From: a virus
Taxonomy: Duplodnaviria > Caudoviricetes
Length of the DNA stretch: 64,000 nt
IMG/VR virus record: IMGVR_UViG_3300010965_000001
Location: 1 to 64,000 of that record
Direction: 5' to 3' (one strand)
Shown: positions 8,922 to 17,399 of the stretch, piece after piece
Layout of the letters: each line of letters starts with the position of its first letter
Numbering within the stretch: the first letter of the stretch is position 1
The notes under the pieces: generated by a model
The model's input: the letters and a program-made list of their open reading frames with translations, nothing else
What the model was told of the DNA's origin: nothing
The model's database searches: none
Program-made: the position numbers and the translations under genes

Positions 8922-9164
8922 TCATAGTGAGAATCCTTTCAAATATTTATGAAGTATGTTCGCGCTAGTTAAAATCTGTTTCCAATTTTTTCCATCTGAA
9001 CCTGTTGTCACTAAGTGGCGTGTCCACTCACGCAACTTACTTTCATCGGTATTGGAGTAATCCATAATTCTGGAATGTCTCCAATCGATGAGCGGGGTGT
9101 TAAGTAATGTGGTCAACAGTAATTCAAGTTTATCATGGACTATATGTATTTCTGCCTGTGTCAT
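8922..9164 (-). CDS. small helical paralog family member (outlier)
   Basis: DKLELL..REW..WKQILTSANILHK. Confidence 0.65.
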   Translation of the reverse strand: MTQAEIHIVHDKLELLLTTLLNTPLIDWRHSRIMDYSNTDESKLREWTRHLVTTGSDGKNWKQILTSANILHKYLKGFSL

Positions 9165-9290
9165 CGTCTTAAAATTAAAGTGACGGAATATTATCGTTAA
9201 GGAGTCCAAGCCACAGCGGTAAGGGATTGCCGTCACTGTCTCCGAAGAGATAGTGAACGGGGGAGCCTCACGGCTCCCACCGCCCTTTGG

Positions 9291-10331
9291 TTACTTGCTT
9301 GCTGCCGCGATTTCCTCATCGGTGAACAGAACGTCAGAATCGTCGCCTGTCTTGGCGTCCTTCGGCTTCTCACCACAGTGCTTCTGCACCATTTGCTTGA
9401 TGTAAGTCCGTTCCGAATCCGCTCCACCGTCTGCGGAGAAGAAGGGGAAAATTGCAACTTCTGCGGCTTCCAACAGACTGAATCCATCGTTGAGAAGTCC
9501 TGCCACCTTCACTGCGGCTCGTGTCGAAATTGAAGTAGTAAGGACAGATGCCTCGCTCTTCGCTTCCTTCCTCGTGGTGTGAGAAATCTGCGAAACGGAC
9601 TTCAGTTTCGCCTCATCCACCTTCGGATAACGCTGTTTCAACAGTTCCGTTTCCTGCTCAACTTCCAGCGCCGAAATTTCCACAATCGTGAAACGGTCAA
9701 TGAGTGCGCGGTCAAGGACACGTGTTGAGGTATACTCATTACCCACGTTTGCCGTTGCGATGAACGAAACACCTTCCGCCACCAACACCGTTGCCCCATC
9801 CTCTTTTTCCTCAAGGCGGAGGTAACGCTGAGTCGGGTCTAACACAGGCATCAGGATGTTCCATGCTTCAGGATGTGCTCGTGACAGTTCATCCAACAGA
9901 ATAACTGCGTTGGGCGTCCGAAGTGCGTTGACGAAGTACGACTCGGCGAAGTACGTGCCACGTTCTTTGGAGTAATGCGTATTGCCAATCAACGATGCCC
10001 GTGGGTCTTGTGTCGAACCAAGCGGGATATTGAAGAAGGGACGTTTGAGCGAATCCGCCAAACAGTGAGCCGTCATTGTCTTCGCCGAACCAGCCTGCCC
10101 AACAAGGAGAATATTCTCCGCGCGGAGGACGTTACGAATTGCGAATTTCCACGTCAACTCAGGAAGGAACAGCTCCTTCGGCTTGAGCGAATAACTTGTT
10201 GCGATGAAGGGAATGAGATTCGCCTCAGACACAACAGTGCCCAATCCCTTGCTCAACTGCGTTTCAACCATTGCATCGGTCGAATGTGTTTTTGCCATTT
10301 TCTGAACATTCTGTTTCAAGTAGGACTCCAT
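9291..10331 (-). CDS. MoxR/CbbQ/NorQ/CobS-type AAA+ ATPase
   Basis: Walker A GQAGSAKT, Walker B ILLDE, ATAN, DRALIDRF, STR lid motif. Confidence 0.85.
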   Translation of the reverse strand: MESYLKQNVQKMAKTHSTDAMVETQLSKGLGTVVSEANLIPFIATSYSLKPKELFLPELTWKFAIRNVLRAENILLVGQAGSAKTMTAHCLADSLKRPFFNIPLGSTQDPRASLIGNTHYSKERGTYFAESYFVNALRTPNAVILLDELSRAHPEAWNILMPVLDPTQRYLRLEEKEDGATVLVAEGVSFIATANVGNEYTSTRVLDRALIDRFTIVEISALEVEQETELLKQRYPKVDEAKLKSVSQISHTTRKEAKSEASVLTTSISTRAAVKVAGLLNDGFSLLEAAEVAIFPFFSADGGADSERTYIKQMVQKHCGEKPKDAKTGDDSDVLFTDEEIAAASK

Positions 10332-10367
10332 ATTAAGTGTGTTTCAATGTCAATCGTTGATGTATTA

Positions 10368-10428
10368 AAGATACAAAGATTATAGCCAAAAGTCAACTGT
10401 TTCAATGTTACCAAATTGTTACCAAATT
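10368..10428 (-). promoter_or_regulatory. promoter with full TGTTAC box
   Basis: TTGACT-17-TATCTT; box 10406-10428. Confidence 0.85.
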
Positions 10429-10458
10429 TAGGGGGGATTTTATTCCCCCCTTTGTTGG

Positions 10459-12693
10459 TTAGATTGAACCACCGCCGTCATTCGTTTTCACTTCGGCTTC
10501 AAGGAACTTTTTATTCATCGTCCTTGCGATTTGCTCAACCGAATCAGTGTTGATATTGAAGGCGTTCTTAACACCGTACATTGCCGACAACGAACGAAGG
10601 GATGCTTTTCCATAATCCGAAATAAGGTATGAAATAACTGTTGCACCATTCCGAATCATCTTGTCAACCATTCGCTTACAGTGACGGTATGCAGGTTCGT
10701 CACCGTAGTAGAATGATTCCTTTGTTATCGTTCCATGTCCGTACCGTCCGCGCCGCCCGCCGGCAACGCCGTTGTTCGCTTGGTAACACGGTTCACCGTC
10801 CGAAAGATTGACGAAGAAGAACTGTTCGTCACGTTGCATCGAAGGGAAAATGCCGTGCATCATTGCTTCAAAACACAATGACTCAGGTGTTGTGCCGTCT
10901 GCAATCAATCGGTGAAAGTACTTACGAATATGCGACAACTGATTGACGCGGGAATCGTAAGCCACGTACACCAACGGATTCGATACCGTTGTGGTTCTGA
11001 ATGAAATGACACATTCAATGTTCTGCGTCATGTGTGAGGCGACTGCCAATGCGATACAAGTCTTAATCGCGTTCTTGAATCGTGTACCACTCATTGAACC
11101 CGACGCGTCAACTGAAATGTGGATGTGTGCCTTGTTGAACCTGTTGGTTTCAATCTTGGAAAACACGTTCGTAACATCGTAACCAAGTGATGCCACTAAA
11201 CGCTTATCCATCTTGCCTGCATCCTGTCGTGTGAACTTCAACGACTTCTCCTCATTACGAATCTGTAACCGTCCGCCAAGCAGTTTACCCAACACAAAAC
11301 CCTGCTGAACGGAATCTTTCAGATTCTCCCCGCCCCAGTTCCTGTCTGAAGGGACGAATGCTGTGTTGAAGGTACGGTTATCCATCGTCGCGTCAGTCAA
11401 CTTCTTAATAACCAACACCTGCACGGTATTACCCATAAATTCTTCACCACCAGCCAATTCAACAGTAACACCGCTGGACTGTAATGAAGTAAGACGTTTA
11501 CCTTCTGCGGCGGAGATACTCTTCTTCTTAATGTCACCGCCTACAAAGTCCTTCTGCTCCTGCATCTTCTTCAGTAACTTCTTCAGTGCGGCTTTTCCCA
11601 TTCCAAACATCGCTTTACATTCCTTGTCTGAAAGGGAATCAATATTGATTGACATGCCATCGTCATTACCGTTTTCATCTTTACATGCATCACCCAAACC
11701 AAATTCCAACAACTTCTGCGTCTTGTAATCCAACGCCGTAATGTTATCCATGATAACGGATAAGACTTTTGCGGCGACTTCCGTAACTTCCGTTGTGTTG
11801 GTGAGGCGGTCAATCTTGCCGACATTAATCAACGAACGGATTTCACGCATCCCTTTCAAGATGTCAGGATTGCTCGACTCATTAAGGCTGTTGATAATCT
11901 GATACGAATACGAATCCATCGTTTCGGTGTTGAACGTCTCGCCCTCTTTCAACTGCTTTGTAACTTCCTCAGAGAAGAAGTACCGATTGTACAGTGATTC
12001 GTAGTAGCCACGATAGCCGGGAGCCGTGTTATAGACGTAACTGTCGATGCGTCTGTCCTCAATCCAATTCTCAAGTTCCTTCAACTGAAGGACTAAGAAA
12101 AGGTCTGCACGAACCTGTGCGGCCGTCAAACCTGTGCCGAAACCCACTGTAGTCTTACCGAATACAGCCTTCCAATCCCAAAACTCAATTTTCGGATTCA
12201 AGGCGACAACACGGTCAATCATCTTCATCGTGATGTACTTCCGGCGTTCGGAAGAATTTTCAAACAACCGTTGAAATAAGGAGAAGTCCGTTTTAACGAT
12301 ATGCGATGCCTCATGTAAGGCGAGCCCTACCGTAGAATCGAAGTTACCTTCCACGTTCGATGACAGTGTAACCGTCTTACCGTCCGTATACGATTCATCC
12401 TTTTCAGAGTAACGGACAACGATGTCATCACGTTCAGTAAGGATGCGGACGAAGTTACCGCAACTTCTCATAAAGGCTCCCAACTTGATGAGCTCAAGAG
12501 TCTTCTCAGCCTTATCCACGTTCTTGCCATGAACCTTGTCAACAACGGCGACATCACCGTCTTCATCCTCATCAAAGGAGTCAAGGAATCCACCGCTGTA
12601 ACGCGACACCGCGTAGTCATCATCATCGAACCAAAACGATGAATACCGATTATTTGCGTTCGCCTTTTGTGTGGCGGTTAATTTTTTAGCCAT
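10459..12693 (-). CDS. VWA-domain protein with N-terminal HExxH metallopeptidase-like domain (CobT-like partner of AAA+)
   Basis: LHEASH, EDRRID, MIDAS DASGS, GTTPE, NLSDGEP. Confidence 0.8.
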   Translation of the reverse strand: MAKKLTATQKANANNRYSSFWFDDDDYAVSRYSGGFLDSFDEDEDGDVAVVDKVHGKNVDKAEKTLELIKLGAFMRSCGNFVRILTERDDIVVRYSEKDESYTDGKTVTLSSNVEGNFDSTVGLALHEASHIVKTDFSLFQRLFENSSERRKYITMKMIDRVVALNPKIEFWDWKAVFGKTTVGFGTGLTAAQVRADLFLVLQLKELENWIEDRRIDSYVYNTAPGYRGYYESLYNRYFFSEEVTKQLKEGETFNTETMDSYSYQIINSLNESSNPDILKGMREIRSLINVGKIDRLTNTTEVTEVAAKVLSVIMDNITALDYKTQKLLEFGLGDACKDENGNDDGMSINIDSLSDKECKAMFGMGKAALKKLLKKMQEQKDFVGGDIKKKSISAAEGKRLTSLQSSGVTVELAGGEEFMGNTVQVLVIKKLTDATMDNRTFNTAFVPSDRNWGGENLKDSVQQGFVLGKLLGGRLQIRNEEKSLKFTRQDAGKMDKRLVASLGYDVTNVFSKIETNRFNKAHIHISVDASGSMSGTRFKNAIKTCIALAVASHMTQNIECVISFRTTTVSNPLVYVAYDSRVNQLSHIRKYFHRLIADGTTPESLCFEAMMHGIFPSMQRDEQFFFVNLSDGEPCYQANNGVAGGRRGRYGHGTITKESFYYGDEPAYRHCKRMVDKMIRNGATVISYLISDYGKASLRSLSAMYGVKNAFNINTDSVEQIARTMNKKFLEAEVKTNDGGGSI

Positions 12694-12746
12694 ATTATCC
12701 TTTCGGCGTCATGCCGTTATGATGTGAACCATTTTAAGTGTCTAAT

Positions 12747-12805
12747 AAGATACGGACTTTTCAACCAAAAGTCAACTGTTTCAATGTTACCAAATTGTTA
12801 CCAAA
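12747..12805 (-). promoter_or_regulatory. promoter with full TGTTAC box
   Basis: TTGACT-17-TATCTT; box 12785-12805. Confidence 0.85.
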
Positions 12806-12810
12806 ACTTG

Positions 12811-12954
12811 TAGTCGGTGTAGGATTCGAACCTACGTAAAGGACGGCTCCTTTATCGGTAGATTGTAGGTAATTACTCCTTCAACCATCCCGCCGTGATA
12901 TGCTTTTGAGCGCTCGCCACATATCCAAATGTATTTCCAAGTTCACAACCGACT
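12811..12954 (-). tRNA. type-II-like tRNA-like RNA with about 55-65-nt insertion at the anticodon; identity undetermined
   Basis: Acceptor AGTCGGT/ACCGACT+A; T arm GTAGG-TTCGAAT-CCTAC; variable arm TAAAGGA-GCCG-TCCTTTA; own promoter. Confidence 0.7.
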
Positions 12955-12972
12955 GCCATCATCAACGTATTA

Positions 12973-13033
12973 AAGATACACAGAAAAGAGAGAAAAGTCA
13001 ATGGAAGTAGTGTTACCAAATTGTTACCAAATT
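12973..13033 (-). promoter_or_regulatory. promoter with full TGTTAC box driving the tRNA-like gene
   Basis: TTGACT-17-TATCTT; box 13011-13033. Confidence 0.85.
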
Positions 13034-13265
13034 ATCCCTGTTTTTGAATGGATTTGAGGGATTTGTAGTGTTTATTTCCCAATATACACATTTCGGCACT
13101 CGCCTCACGATGAGGCCTTGCACTTATTCTAAAATAACTAATGTATCCTTCCACTTCCGACATGACATCTACTTGCTTGTCGGTCAATGTAACATCCTCC
13201 ATTACTCTGTTATAGAGTAATTCTAATTTGTCAAGACGTTGTATAAATACGTTGTATGTTATCAT
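13032..13265 (-). CDS. small helical paralog family member
   Basis: RLDKLELL..MCILGNKHYK. Confidence 0.65.
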   Translation of the reverse strand: MITYNVFIQRLDKLELLYNRVMEDVTLTDKQVDVMSEVEGYISYFRISARPHREASAEMCILGNKHYKSLKSIQKQG

Positions 13266-13471
13266 GGTAACCTATTGATTTTTTGCCAATACTTGTTTGC
13301 TACTTCCATTCTGTGACGGTATCCGTTCGTTGCATTTTCATTGTCATTGACGAACCGCCGTGCGTCCATCACCAATTCCGCTTGCTCATCGGTGAATATG
13401 AACGATTCGCTTTTCTTCTGACACAGTATTCTGATTTTAAGTAGCCTATTACGAAATTCCTGTTGTGTCAT
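13262..13471 (-). CDS. small helical paralog family member
   Basis: RLLKIR..RMEVANKYWQK. Confidence 0.75.
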   Translation of the reverse strand: MTQQEFRNRLLKIRILCQKKSESFIFTDEQAELVMDARRFVNDNENATNGYRHRMEVANKYWQKINRLP

Positions 13472-13696
13472 GCCCACTCCGCCGACTCTTCAACGTATCC
13501 ATTGAATTTACGAGCCTTGAGATAATTGTACGCGAGGTTCGTCAATCCAATGTTGGCACTTGTCAAGTATGTCACTCAAAGGTATGACGATGGAATCATC
13601 CGTTGTAGTTATCATTGCTATCTCAAAGTGACATTTCGCCTTGAGGCGCGACAACTGAAATATAAACGTATTCCATTCACGATTGGTTACAGTCAC
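13468..13696 (-). pseudogene. frameshifted probable family member
   Basis: 229 nt; removing one C near 13520 gives an ORF ending in an ATGA overlap with the next gene. Confidence 0.5.
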
Positions 13697-13892
13697 TCCA
13701 ATGTTGGTTTGCCAGCCTCATCACTTCATCCCATCTGAACTTGTGTACACCATCTATCCACATATTACAATCGTTTATAATTTCCGTATAGTGTTTCCGT
13801 TCCCATTCCTCACAATGCTCTCTGTAATTGAATGCGGCGATCCGTAACTTCTGCAACTTCTTATCCATCAACAATTTTTTAATGAATTTCAT
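13677..13892 (-). CDS. small helical paralog family member
   Basis: KLQKLR..WDEVMRLANQHW. Confidence 0.75.
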   Translation of the reverse strand: MKFIKKLLMDKKLQKLRIAAFNYREHCEEWERKHYTEIINDCNMWIDGVHKFRWDEVMRLANQHWSDCNQS

Positions 13893-14158
13893 TTCTTAGC
13901 CTTCAGATGCTTGTACAATGCACTTGATATTTCAGTGACGAACTTCAAGTCCAATTGATTTTGGTCGCGTGACGGTGTAAAGGATTCAAGTCCGTTTATC
14001 CACCGTACAATGATTTTAATATCATCATCCCGCATGTTGGCGAATCGGTCACTAATCCACGTACTGCCTGACGGCACCTTTTCTAACAGGACACGTAACC
14101 CCTTTATTATAGATTGCCGTAATTCTCTATCCTTATCCGTAAGGTCAATTAATTTCAT
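13889..14158 (-). CDS. small helical protein, divergent family member
   Basis: VRWING..ISSALYKHLK. Confidence 0.55.
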   Translation of the reverse strand: MKLIDLTDKDRELRQSIIKGLRVLLEKVPSGSTWISDRFANMRDDDIKIIVRWINGLESFTPSRDQNQLDLKFVTEISSALYKHLKAKK

Positions 14159-14484
14159 TTCGGTGCGCTAGCCTCCAATAATATTCTCTGTGCAATATGC
14201 AAGGTTTCATCCAGATGTTCACACTCTTCGAAGATAGGACGAACGGTGTCCATCGCATCCACCACATCCGATGCTTTCATCTTGAAGCTGTATGCTACAT
14301 CGTAAGTACCGTTTGCTTTATGCTCGACACTCATTACAATGTATTCCTCGTGCATTATAATGTGAATGACGCCCCTCAATTTGCACTTCAACTTAAGCAT
14401 GAGTTTTTTCATTTGTTCGCTTGCTCCCATAATTCGTTTGCACATTTCATGGCTTGGGCAGGTGGTAAATCTTTCAATAGGCAA
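14155..14484 (-). CDS. hypothetical protein (true start likely MKKLML)
   Basis: Packed ORF. Confidence 0.55.
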   Translation of the reverse strand: MPIERFTTCPSHEMCKRIMGASEQMKKLMLKLKCKLRGVIHIIMHEEYIVMSVEHKANGTYDVAYSFKMKASDVVDAMDTVRPIFEECEHLDETLHIAQRILLEASAPK

Positions 14485-14621
14485 AGTTGTTGTGATACAA
14501 AGGAATCATCGGGTACCATTTCTCGTGGTGTGGGGTTGTTCCATGACGGTGCATGGAATGCCCGTGCTCCCATCTTCGCACTTAAAATTTCAATCCGTAT
14601 CTCAAATTCATCTATACTCAT
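14409..14621 (-). CDS. small helical paralog family member
   Basis: AMKCANELWEQANK; close paralog of the next gene. Confidence 0.7.
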   Translation of the reverse strand: MSIDEFEIRIEILSAKMGARAFHAPSWNNPTPREMVPDDSFVSQQLCLLKDLPPAQAMKCANELWEQANK

Positions 14622-14848
14622 TTCTTGTTCGCCTCTCTCCAAAGGTCATTGGCATATTGCATGTTTTTTGCCGTGTAAACTGGACTGGTATGATAATAAG
14701 TTAATGTCCCTACAACTTGTTCTTTAGTGAATAAATTATCTGTGCCACAATGTTGCCGCGGAATCCACGATTTGCAGGGATAGGATGTATCTTCCCTCAT
14801 CTTATCCGCCAATTTTTGAATTCGTACGTTAAATTCAGCTTCGGTCAT
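14618..14848 (-). CDS. small helical paralog family member
   Basis: MQYANDLWREANK. Confidence 0.7.
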   Translation of the reverse strand: MTEAEFNVRIQKLADKMREDTSYPCKSWIPRQHCGTDNLFTKEQVVGTLTYYHTSPVYTAKNMQYANDLWREANKK

Positions 14849-15144
14849 GCTTTGCTCGCTTTCTCATTAATCAATTGGAGAATTTGCGACCAATATTTTG
14901 GCATTTTCTTTTTGGCAATCACAAATTGCTTGTCTGTAAGGAATCCCTTTTTCGCCAACTGCTTTGCGAAGGAGGACATGATTTCCGCGTCCACCCCGTT
15001 GAAACCGATTCCATTGTGTTCAATGGTTTGGTCACAATTCTGTTCTTCGGCGGTCTGCCGTTCGTAGATTTTAATGATTGCACGTTTGAGTGCGGCAGGA
15101 TTCGACAGTATAAGGGATTGAATCGATGTCTTTGTCCAAGTCAT
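14845..15144 (-). CDS. hypothetical phage protein
   Basis: RQTAEEQ..HNGIGFNGVDA..KKMPKYW; first gene after promoter. Confidence 0.75.
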   Translation of the reverse strand: MTWTKTSIQSLILSNPAALKRAIIKIYERQTAEEQNCDQTIEHNGIGFNGVDAEIMSSFAKQLAKKGFLTDKQFVIAKKKMPKYWSQILQLINEKASKA

Positions 15145-15167
15145 AATGTCCTCAATTGTTATGTATA

Positions 15168-15222
15168 AAGATACACACTTTTTGGGGGGAAGTCAACAGT
15201 TTCAATGTTACCAAATTGTTAT
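15168..15222 (-). promoter_or_regulatory. promoter with TGTTAC box
   Basis: TTGACT-17-TATCTT; box 15206-15222. Confidence 0.85.
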
Positions 15223-15649
15223 CAGATTTTATCCCAATTATAGGGGTTTTTGAGGAACATTCGGCGTTTCCTGTTTGTTTTCTTCTTAATGGACTTTGCG
15301 GCACGATTGCTCAACCACTTGTCAGGAAATGCTTTCTTGAGACATTTCATCCAGCCTGTCATCTTTGTGGCGGGGCTGGAGGAGGATTCTCCGCAGTGTG
15401 ATGCTAAAGAATTTGAGCCTGTCATTTTATCTCCCCCAATTGTTTCCAAAGTTCGTTTGCCCACTGCATTACACGGTCATCTATCTCATGATGATTCCAC
15501 TGCATTACATTTTTTAGATAGAAATATTATCAATATCACTCGGACGTTGCACATATGATTCAACAGGAAATCCAATGTACTGTTGCCCCGAGTTGCGCCA
15601 CCTCTCAATTAACATATTAATCCGCAGTTTAGCCTCTGTCTGTGTCACG

Positions 15650-16057
15650 TCAATTCTGCCCTTTCAATGAGGACTTTGCCGCACTATAGAGACGATTCGC
15701 CGTTTCCATTTCCCACGCAGAGAATCGCCCCCACTTAGCTAACGAATACATAAGAAACATTGTCGCTTCATTATGTTCACCGTACAATGAACGTAAACAT
15801 GTTGCCTGTTTAACTGATTTTTTATACATATCATAATTCACATTACCTACGGCAACTCGCAAATAACCGTGATTCAGTCTATCTTGTAAGGTACTGTCCC
15901 ACAGGAAGACAGGCTTTGTTATTGTCTTATGCCACCCTTTACCGTCATTCACACCATAATTGCAGATGAAGGAACCGTTATCATCCGCAATCATAGTATA
16001 GAATTTGTTAGAGCCGCCGGTAGACTTCTCAAACACTATCATGTGTCCTGTTGTCAT
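15650..16057 (-). CDS. WGR-like domain fused to the family C-terminal helix
   Basis: SNKFYTM..FICNYGV (WGR-like) plus WEMETANRLY. Confidence 0.55.
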   Translation of the reverse strand: MTTGHMIVFEKSTGGSNKFYTMIADDNGSFICNYGVNDGKGWHKTITKPVFLWDSTLQDRLNHGYLRVAVGNVNYDMYKKSVKQATCLRSLYGEHNEATMFLMYSLAKWGRFSAWEMETANRLYSAAKSSLKGQN

Positions 16058-16263
16058 TTGCCGTCCTTTATCATTTTATAAACGTGATTCGCAGTCACCA
16101 TCCATTCACCACGTGTGTTAATATCACTTTCATCGTTACGTGTGGTGATGTTTACCCACGCATTCACTGACTGTTTAGTCCATCCACCGTAATATTTTTT
16201 ATTCTCTTGCATGGAATCTCTCAGTCGAGTCAATCGTTTTAATACATCATCTTTGGTCATCAT
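16054..16263 (-). CDS. small helical paralog family member
   Basis: RLTRLR..VNAW..WMVTANHVYK. Confidence 0.75.
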   Translation of the reverse strand: MMTKDDVLKRLTRLRDSMQENKKYYGGWTKQSVNAWVNITTRNDESDINTRGEWMVTANHVYKMIKDGK

Positions 16264-16535
16264 CCGTTCCTCTCGTTGTATCTAAGAACATCCTTGTATA
16301 ACTTATTGAAGGAAGTAATCAAATCTACATTGTGCATGCTCTCACTCTGAAAAAACATTATCCACTGGTCAATGTCTTGCACTCTTACTTCGGAAACACC
16401 AGTGCTCTGTATGCTGTGGGTAATCAACGCATCACATGGATACCCAAGGTACGCTTTCATGGCTTTTCGTAACTTCGTCAACTTGGCAACTACTATATCC
16501 GAATCCATGTCAAATTTTCCTTTGTATGTGCCCAT
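16260..16535 (-). CDS. small helical paralog family member
   Basis: KLTKLR..IDQW..FNKLYK; promoter at 16558-16586. Confidence 0.7.
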   Translation of the reverse strand: MGTYKGKFDMDSDIVVAKLTKLRKAMKAYLGYPCDALITHSIQSTGVSEVRVQDIDQWIMFFQSESMHNVDLITSFNKLYKDVLRYNERNG

Positions 16536-16593
16536 TACATTATATTCTCCATGTTAGAATATACATAATTTTGTGGTGAATGTCAATAGAGAG

Positions 16594-16806
16594 TTAGGAA
16601 CACCAGTATGCGTCTGAATCTGGGGAGCAATTATACGCAATGTGACGCATCAGCTTGCAATCTCCGATGGCATTACGACAGTCCCAGAATTCACGCATAC
16701 GGCAATAGTTACCAATCTTAAATAATTCAGATGCTTCTTGAATAGGGGCATACGCAATGTTCTTCTTTTCCATATCCGTCATAGTGAGCAAGAATGCATC
16801 GACCAT
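16594..16806 (-). CDS. small Cys-containing hypothetical protein
   Basis: ORF downstream of promoter at 16874-16902. Confidence 0.5.
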   Translation of the reverse strand: MVDAFLLTMTDMEKKNIAYAPIQEASELFKIGNYCRMREFWDCRNAIGDCKLMRHIAYNCSPDSDAYWCS

Positions 16807-16873
16807 TGTAAAGAATTCGACTGTCGGCTCCTTTATAATAGTTGACCGTTTGGTCGTTCATTGTCACGTATAT

Positions 16874-16902
16874 AAGATACGAATATAATTGCGGCAAGTC
16901 AA
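16874..16902 (-). promoter_or_regulatory. leftward sigma70-like promoter of the divergent hub
   Basis: TTGACT-17-TATCTT. Confidence 0.8.
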
Positions 16903-16950
16903 ACAAAATCGGCATGCTCTTGCCGATTTATCCTGCTATTATAGTAGTGA

Positions 16951-17009
16951 TTTGGTAACAATTTGGTAACACTGAAAGGCTTGTTTTCCGCAGGAAAAAT
17001 GCGTATCTT
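16951..17009 (+). promoter_or_regulatory. rightward promoter with full box in mirrored orientation
   Basis: TTTGGTAACAATTTGGTAACA-9-TTGTTT-17-TATCTT. Confidence 0.8.
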
Positions 17010-17080
17010 TATATACGTTCGAAAGGGAACTAAGGAAGGCTTCCGCTGGAAACGAAGTCTGCAAGCGAACCGGAAATCCG

Positions 17081-17245
17081 CCCTGCGGCAATGTAGGACG
17101 GTGCCCTACACAGTTTACATGTTGATAACTTGTGGAAAAATAAATCGGCATAAGGCGTTGATTTTGCGGCAAAATAGCCGTATCTTGTAGTATGGAGTCC
17201 AAACCAAGCGTTCAAACCGAAAAACCACCCTGCGGCAATGTAGGA
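17081..17245 (+). repeat. 18-bp direct repeat pair CCCTGCGGCAATGTAGGA
   Basis: Copies at 17081-17098 and 17228-17245. Confidence 0.85.
17158..17186 (+). promoter_or_regulatory. second rightward promoter
   Basis: TTGATT-17-TATCTT. Confidence 0.7.
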
Positions 17246-17255
17246 GAATTTCTGA

Positions 17256-17325
17256 TGACACGATGACAGAGTGACATGACAATTTGACACATGACGGAAT
17301 GACATGACATTTTAACAGGCATGAC
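17256..17325 (+). repeat. TGAC-rich short repeat tract
   Basis: Nine TGAC copies in 70 nt, mostly ATGAC/TGACA. Confidence 0.8.
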
Positions 17326-17399
17326 CTGCCCAAAATGTCAGATGGAATCCTACAACCCTACACGAACGCCCACTACGGGCAATTGATAAGAGGAGACGT

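Noticed and set aside
2826-17009. TGTTACCAAATTGTTACC repeats as a CRISPR array
   Set aside because: Copies are dispersed kilobases apart and tied to promoters, with no regular spacers and no cas genes.
17081-17245. 18-bp repeat pair as a mini-CRISPR
   Set aside because: Only two short copies with a 129-nt gap that contains a promoter.
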